In this document: positions 56,529 to 64,000 of the stretch, piece by piece
How the letters are laid out: each line of letters starts with the position of its first letter
Position numbering within the stretch: position 1 is the stretch's first letter
NCBI GenBank assembly: GCA_951406725.2
Contig: OX597820.1
Span: 12,586,001 to 12,650,000 of the forward strand
Source of the DNA: Octopus vulgaris
Lineage: Eukaryota
Direction of reading: 5' to 3'
DNA length: 64,000 bases
The notes under the pieces: model-generated
What the model saw: only the letters and a program-made list of their open reading frames with translations
Told to the model about the DNA's origin: nothing
Database searches by the model: none
Program-made: the position numbers and the translations under genes

Positions 56529-56880
56529 CTATACCTTAGCATCTAATGTGGCTTGAGACGATGTTCTGAAAATACACCCAATTAGTTTGCACCTCCGACT
56601 TGGACCACCAAGATCCGCAGATAAGTTCTGCCCTTTGTAGACCTTAAAATGTCCTTTGAGGCATCCGTTGGATTTGCAAATCTGGCATACACTGCATTCA
56701 AGGGTGTGCAAAGACATATAAGCTGAATAGCAAGTGGAGGTTCGTTTTCCACGCGTTCGCAGATGAGATTTTTGGCCAGCAAATGACATGCATGGTCTCT
56801 CGCAGACTGTGCACACAAAAATGTTATTGTCATTCACCTTCTTGATCGTTGCATTCTTCCTTAGACCTCTTTTGAATCTT
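56529..56880 (-). pseudogene. Degraded C2H2-like zinc-finger fragment, probably an RTE LINE C-terminus
   Basis: FVCTVCERPCMSFAGQKSHLR and LECSVC.ICKSNGCLKGHFK; no start context or splice support. Confidence 0.55.
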
Positions 56881-58511
56881 AGTTGCGTTATATATATAAT
56901 TAGAACTGTTGGAGTCAACAAGGTGTACGGTTGTAATCACTACAATTCTTTCTACGCAACGTAGTTCTGCAGTCTTGCAGGTACTTGGTTATTCAACCAT
57001 TTCCTTGCATTATGAGATATAGCTGTGTTTCCTCAGGTGATATATAGAATTTTCACCATAAATTCAAATTCTCGGCTTCAAGAGCATTCTGCCGTATGTC
57101 GTGGCCAGGAGTTAGTAGTAGGCTCTGAGTGCATCGTGAGGGCTTCTATGGCTCAAGGTCCGTCGGAAAACAGCTTTGAATGTGTGAAAGTAGTGAGATG
57201 AGGATTTTGCTACTGTGATTGCTTTACTGTTTTAAGGGATTGACATTTTATTTCTTTATATTGTTGATTTGCTCTTCATGGTTGGTTATACTTGCGATTG
57301 GCAACCAAGGCAGACAGGCAGACTCACACAGACATACACACACACACGCACATACACACATGAATCACAATTAACAAAATTTAGTTATGTCATTAATAGA
57401 TAAAGCCATTTTCGGGAGTGTTTAAAAATCGCAAAACAAGTAGGGGATATAATTCTAATAAAATCAATTAAGTCATGTTTAAGAAAACTTCGAAAATGTA
57501 TTTTAGTAGTGAATCTGGCCTTTAAACCAACTTGTGAAATGAAAGGACGTGTTTTGTTTTTTTCTCCACCTCTTCAGTGACGTTCTAACTTCTATACAAC
57601 GGAGAAGTCTTACGTAATAACAATTTTCCCACTTATTATATCACATGTATGAGACTTTATGGTATGTGTGCATTACACAACGACACTTCAATGTGGTATT
57701 TCTTCCACCCACCTTGTTGATATTCCCAGTGTCCCTATATACCACTCATAGCCTCGATAACGAAATAGAATAAACTTTGATATTGTAGTCTGACAGGATC
57801 GAAAGATATCTTTTGCTTTAGCTATTTCGCATGAAAACCATCTCCGTTCTGGTACTGTAATTTGGACATTTTCCAAAATCTCAATTATTTAAAATTGTTA
57901 GTATTTTCTCCTCTTCTTGTTGTTGTATATTTTAAACACGCGTAGACTTTTTTTTATAAATTGATTGTAAACCAACATACAATATAATAAGTGTGAGACT
58001 AACAGATGCGCATTTAGTATGCAGAACGCTTCACTAGGATATTTTCCCTCCAGACATAAAAGTGTTTAGTAAATTAACCACGTATCATCTCGCTAGTTAC
58101 ATATCTTCAGATAGAGACATTTGATAATCATTACCGCTTGCGAAGCTAGAAATACAATCCAAAGTAGCAAACGAAATCGATAACTGGAATAGTCAGCACA
58201 TATGTACTGATTAGTTTTATGACCAGAAGCATTACATTTTCTATCCTGGCAGCAATTACCGATGAGATGAAGGAAAGACGATCACATTTATATGGTGGGT
58301 TTATTCAGGTCTAGTAATATTCATATTGTATCATATATTCATATTGAGTAGTGATGTAACATTTAGTTACATGGGAGTGTGTATGTGTGTTTGACTGTAA
58401 CAGTATTCTCTCCCTTAATTTTGACAGATTCAACGTAACAATTACCATTATATATTTGTCTGTACACACACAAAAAGGCATATATATATATAGTATGTAT
58501 GTATGTATAAA

Positions 58512-58767
58512 ACGTCGCCCTTTTCAAGCCTAGCCAGGCTCATGGGCCCGGTTCCCGGTTTATGCGGCGTATGTGTTCCGCAAAGCTGGACGGGAAGCGA
58601 GTCCATCGCAGCGTTACTCAAGAAATAGGAAGAGAGAGTGAGAGAAAGTTGTGGCGAAAAAGTACAACAGGGGTTGCCACCACCGCCTGCCGGAGCCTCG
58701 TGGAGCTTTTAGGTGTTTTCACTCAATAAACACACACAGCGCCCAGTCTGGGAGTCCGCTGCCCTAC
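58512..58767 (-). mobile_element. Family C-head SINE with alternative tail 3
   Basis: 58620-58767 matches the family C body; 58512-58620 is different. Confidence 0.75.
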
Positions 58768-58822
<55 letters not shown>

Positions 58823-58824
58823 CA

Positions 58825-60096
58825 CGAGGGACGGTCAATAAGTAATGCCTCTGACCCACTTGCAGTTGTTTGATCTAGCTGATATTTTGCATGTGCAATC
58901 ATTTATATATCTATAGATATTACAGCTCTGAATTAGTTGTGGTTTCTGATTTACAGGTGTTTGAACCGAGTCAAGTGTGAAATGGAGCCTGTTGAGTGTT
59001 GAGCAGTGATCCGGTTTTTGTATTTGAAAGGACGCACACCACGGGAGACTTTTGATAAAATGAAAGTAACTTATGGTGATGATGCCCCATCATATGACCT
59101 TGTAAAACGCTGGCATCGTGAATTCAAACATGGTCGGAACTCTGTGGAAAGAGCTCCCAGATCTGGTCGCCCCTTCTGCCATTGATGAGGCATCTGTCCG
59201 TCAAATTGAGGCTGCCATTTTGGAAGATCGACGCATAATTATTCGCCAAATAGCCCATGAGGTCACGATTAGTACCGCGTCTGTGAAACTATCATTCATG
59301 ACCATTTGCATATGCAAAAGGTGTCTGCCAGATTGATTCCCAGGTTGCTCACGCCTTTCCAGAAACAAGAACGCGTCGAGTGCTCGAGGGTGAATTTGGA
59401 GTTGTGCCAGGAAGATGAGTCAAAATTTTTCAAAAGACTGATTACACAGGATGAAACCTGAGTCCATCACGATGATCCAGAGACCAAAGCCCAGTCAATG
59501 CAGTGGAAGCACCGTGACTCACCTCCTCCAAAGAAGGCAAGGGTGCAGCCCTCCGCTGGCAAGGTCATGCTCACAGTCTTCTGGGACCAGGACGGAGTAG
59601 TGATGACAGATTTCTTGGCAAAGGGTACCACAATTGCAGGAGCCTATTATGCTTCACTTTTGGGGAAATTAAGAGAAGTTATCAAAATCAAGAGGCGGGG
59701 CAAGATCAGCAAAGACATCCTCCTCCTGCAGGACAACACTCCGGTCCACAACTCGCTTGTCGCCAGATCAGAAGCACAGGCGTGCGGCTATGAACTCATC
59801 ACCCTACTTTCCTGACCTTGCACCCTCTGATTTTCACCTCTTCCTAGTCATGAAGTTGTTTTTGAAAGGAAAGCGTTTCCCAGATGATGCAGCCTTGATT
59901 TCTGAAGTCACGTTCAGGTTGGAGGACCAAGCTGGGGTCTTCTACAAAAACGGTCTTCAGAGCTGCATCAAACAATGGGAGAAATGCGTAACTCTGGGTG
60001 GTTCCTATGTAGAAAAAGACTAATAACTGCGCCAAGTTTCGTTGCTCTACTGCTATGGGAAGTGGGTCAGGGGCATTACTTATTGAACACCCCTCG
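58825..60096 (+). mobile_element. Full-length defective mariner (DD34D type)
   Basis: About 36-bp TIRs cgagggacggtcaataagtaatgcctctgacccactt / aagtgggtcaggggcattacttattgaacacccctcg; TA at the right end. Confidence 0.95.
58982..60023 (+). pseudogene. Mariner transposase with stops and frameshifts
   Basis: AVIRFL..RSGRP, IPRLL, TQDET, LQDNTPVH, PYFPDLAPSDFHLF. Confidence 0.93.
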
Positions 60097-60544
60097 TATA
60101 TACATGAGCATGCACACACAATGTATACAGGTCGTAGGGCGTGAGCTAATCAGCTTTATTTTTGGTCTTTGATGGAGTCAATATATATGTAATGGAATCT
60201 TCCGTCGAAGACGACCTAGGAATGCTCAATTTTTGGCGAACGACCTGCACAAAAGATGCCGTACATTAGTTCACTTTCTCAAAGAAATCGACATTTCCTG
60301 TACACGAGCACAGATGTCGAATTGAAATTTTTTCTCTCAATACTACTACGGAATCGAAATCTAACAATCGTGAATGCGAGACCCTATCCACTAGGCCACG
60401 CAATATATATAGTGATAGATAGATAAATATGTAGGTAGGTAGCTAGCTAGAAAGAGAGAGAGAGAGAGAGAGAGCGAGTGACATAGATAGATGGATAAAT
60501 AGACAGACAGACATGGAGGGACATTGACAGAGATAGATACACAA

Positions 60545-61074
<530 letters not shown>

Positions 61075-61934
61075 ATCTTAGCGTTACGTAATATGTTATA
61101 GACAATCAATAATAGTTTATAATTCTTGTTGCAAACCAGCAGTTTCGAAAGAAGAGGGATGTCAATTACATCGATCCTACTTACTCAACTGAGGCTTTTT
61201 CATTGACCCCGAATAATGAAAGATGACATTTGATCTCAGAACGTAAGGTTGGAAGAAATGCCGCGGAGAATTGTGTTTAGTGAACTAACGATTCTGACAA
61301 CTTGTGACCCTTTTTAGAAAATCAATAAAGATAAAAAGAAATACTTTTAAACAATACCTCAAAATTATATATAGGGCGTATGGCTCTCTTAATGAAAAAG
61401 GCAAGACTATCACGAAAAATATCAATGCCACAGTAATATTTCGATTCGGGAGCATTTCCAGTATGTTCATCTAGTATGGTGTTTTGGGATTACCCCCTGT
61501 TTCTACACTTCCCACTGACCTACTAACTAAAGTATAAAATGTACAAAATCTAGGCCATCATAAAAGAGTAAGAAATATAATTACTCTACGTTTCGGAGGC
61601 AGAGTGAAAGCTTTGAACCTAATGATCCATTTGATGTTTCTTGTAGGGTATCAAATAAGGTCCTTTGTGTTTGACAGGATAATCGCTGACCGTGTGCAAG
61701 ATGTACTGGCTACATGGCAAAACTTTGACCAGTAGCGTGTCTTTGGCTATCAGATCTCTGATCTATCTTATTCTAATATATTTTGTGCAAAGTCTTTACG
61801 TGTACAGTAGATTATGATATCATTATGGCTTTATATCACCTTTAAAGAACTGTGTGTTTCTGTGAGATAAATATAGAAATGTTTATTGAGAGATAATAAA
61901 TCTCTGAGCGAGGTATACACAGTAGCTGCACGAC

Positions 61935-62129
61935 ATCGTGAAGTACCTTTGCCACTTAAATGTGGCTAAGGTTGAAGATAGGAAGGATGACTTTCCTTTG
62001 AAAATACTGATAGGGCACAGAAAGTGTGTCAATAGTCAGCTGGACGAGGTGTCCTCCTGGAGCTACAAGTTACAGTAGCATCCAGCCTTAAGGGTTAGCC
62101 ACATTTAAGTGGCTAATATACTTCACGAT
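61935..62129. mobile_element. MITE-like element with 35-bp inverted ends
   Basis: atcgtgaagtacctttgccacttaaatgtggctaa / ttagccacatttaagtggctaatatacttcacgat. Confidence 0.65.
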
Positions 62130-62988
62130 TTATTGAGGGATATTTAAAGAAATATTTCTCCCATTTACTCTATCACTCAATATACATATATGTGCAAGCA
62201 TAGTTGTTTGTATGTATGTGTGTCTTTCGGAAATTGAACACTATAGACATAGAGTAATAGGAATAAACACACATACGCATGTGTGCACACACTTATAGGG
62301 AGATGGATGGATGGATGGAAGGACAGATAGATAGAGAGTGAGAGAGAGTTCTGTTTGTGTGTATGTGTGCAGTATGCTGGTATTCATCAATACACTCGAA
62401 GGTGAAAATAATGAATAATCTACTTACGATTGAGATTAATAAATATAGAAAATAAGTAATAATTCGATAAATAATCATCGGAAGAAATTTAATTATCGGT
62501 AAAACTTGATTTAAGTTATTAAAACTGTTGTCAGTGTTAAATTCATAAAGCTTTCTGTTTCCGCAATAAAATTTTGTCGACGTCATTTACGGAAATTTTC
62601 CAGTTAGAGGTGAAGCCATATAATTTAATTTATAATTTCGAAGTATGTACGGGAGTAATACAACGGAAAACTACCAAATTGAAAGAGCTATGAAATAATT
62701 TATTTGAAATTAATGACACACGATCCTTTACTCACTCGGTATTTAACATTAACATAAATCAAATTTAGGTTAAATAGATAGACAAAAACCAAATAGTTTG
62801 TTAATACTAATGCACTGTACGACCTTTTTTGGATCGCTTGAAATGTAATGTATACCTTAATTTGAGAATCATAAAATTTTAATTACACAGTAAAATATAA
62901 ACAAAGGGGTTACACCAACGATTTTTATTCCTTTGTAGGCGGAAGTGAGTTTATTCTGACTACTTTGTTTTTTATTCGTGTTAGAGTT

Positions 62989-63859
62989 TCGCTGGAATAA
63001 TAAAAAAAAAAATTCTGTCTCGGATAAAATGTACCAATACCAACGATTTCATCTGGTGGTGTTATGGGTAATCGATTCGTTGTGAGAAAAGGATAATAAA
63101 AGACAAATCAATTTAAAATGGTCTTGATCTGAGCATTTGATGGACGGACGGACGGACAGAGAGAAACACAGCTCGTATTATAATATAGATTTCATACAAA
63201 ACTGGACACAGCTAAATGTATTCTTTTACTCTTTTACTCTTTTACTTGTTTCAGTCCTTTGACTGCGGCCATGCTGGAACACCGCCTTTAATCGCGCAAC
63301 TCGATCACGGGATTTATTCTTTTTTGTCAGCCCAGTACTTATTCTATCGGTCGCTTTTACCGAACCGCTAAGTAACGGGGACATAAACACACCAGCATCG
63401 GTTGTCAAGCAATGCTAGGGGGACAAACACAGACACACAAACACACACGCATATATATATATATACATATATACGACAGGCTTCTTTCAGTTTCCGTCTA
63501 CCAAATCCACTCACAAGGCTTTGGTCGGCCCGAGGCTATAGTAGAAGATACTTGCCCAAGGTGCCACGCAGTGGGACTGAACCCGGAACCATGTGGTTGG
63601 TAAGCAAGCTACTTACCACACAGCCACTCCTTCGTTGGAAAAAAAGAATAATTTCTGTCTCGGATAAAATGTACCAATACCAACGATTTCATCTGGTGGT
63701 GTTATGGGTAATCGATTCTTTGTGAGAAAAAGATAATAAAAAACAAATCAATTTAAATTGTTCCTGATCTGAGCATTTGATGGACGGACGGACAGAGAGA
63801 GACACACAGCTCGTATTATAATATAGATTTCATACAAAACTGGACACAGCTAAATGTAT
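62989..63859. repeat. About 230-bp direct duplication flanking a SINE
   Basis: 62989-63221 repeated at 63633-63859. Confidence 0.9.
63222..63632 (-). mobile_element. tRNA-SINE family A
   Basis: Reverse complement of 9165-9573. Confidence 0.93.
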
Positions 63860-64000
63860 CTGTATAATTTGTGTATATGCTGTGTGTTTTTCAAAGCATA
63901 CGTAACATATATTGCAGTAACATCAGATCAAATGAAATATGACTCGAAACGCATTGAGTTTACAAAACTATTTATGTCTAACGCTTTGTTATAGATTTTT

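Noticed and set aside
56529-56921. Host zinc-finger gene
   Set aside because: Zinc ligands are degenerate and there is no exon structure; a retroelement C-terminus is more parsimonious.

Overview
AT-rich, repeat-saturated eukaryotic non-coding DNA (intron or intergenic). The repeat landscape suggests a coleoid cephalopod such as Octopus, but that is inference. I found no intact host gene, and nearly all ORF-track entries are translations of (TA)n/(CA)n/(GATA)n/(AAT)n microsatellites. The window holds about 30 tRNA-derived SINE copies from four head families with swapped tails. It also holds 5'-truncated LINE fragments (CR1-group, Jockey-like, RTE-like, R4/Dong-like and HERO-like RLE), a full-length dead mariner, a fold-back mariner MITE, non-autonomous Helitrons, other MITEs and a Gypsy integrase fragment. 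The strongest signal outside the ORF track is about 10 minimal hammerhead-ribozyme (HHR) motifs from about 8 unrelated sequence contexts, mostly in Penelope-like (PLE) end fragments inserted in (TA)n and often folded back. Three cases stand out: (i) a tRNA-headed, SINE-like element ending in an HHR with a Penelope-style inverted 5' copy (38338-39142, second copy 20259-20495); (ii) two HHRs with the compensatory U3-A8 core; (iii) a hammerhead-like core with non-canonical strand order in the 3' UTR of an RLE LINE (51249-51360). All structures were paired by eye; no folding or database search was run.
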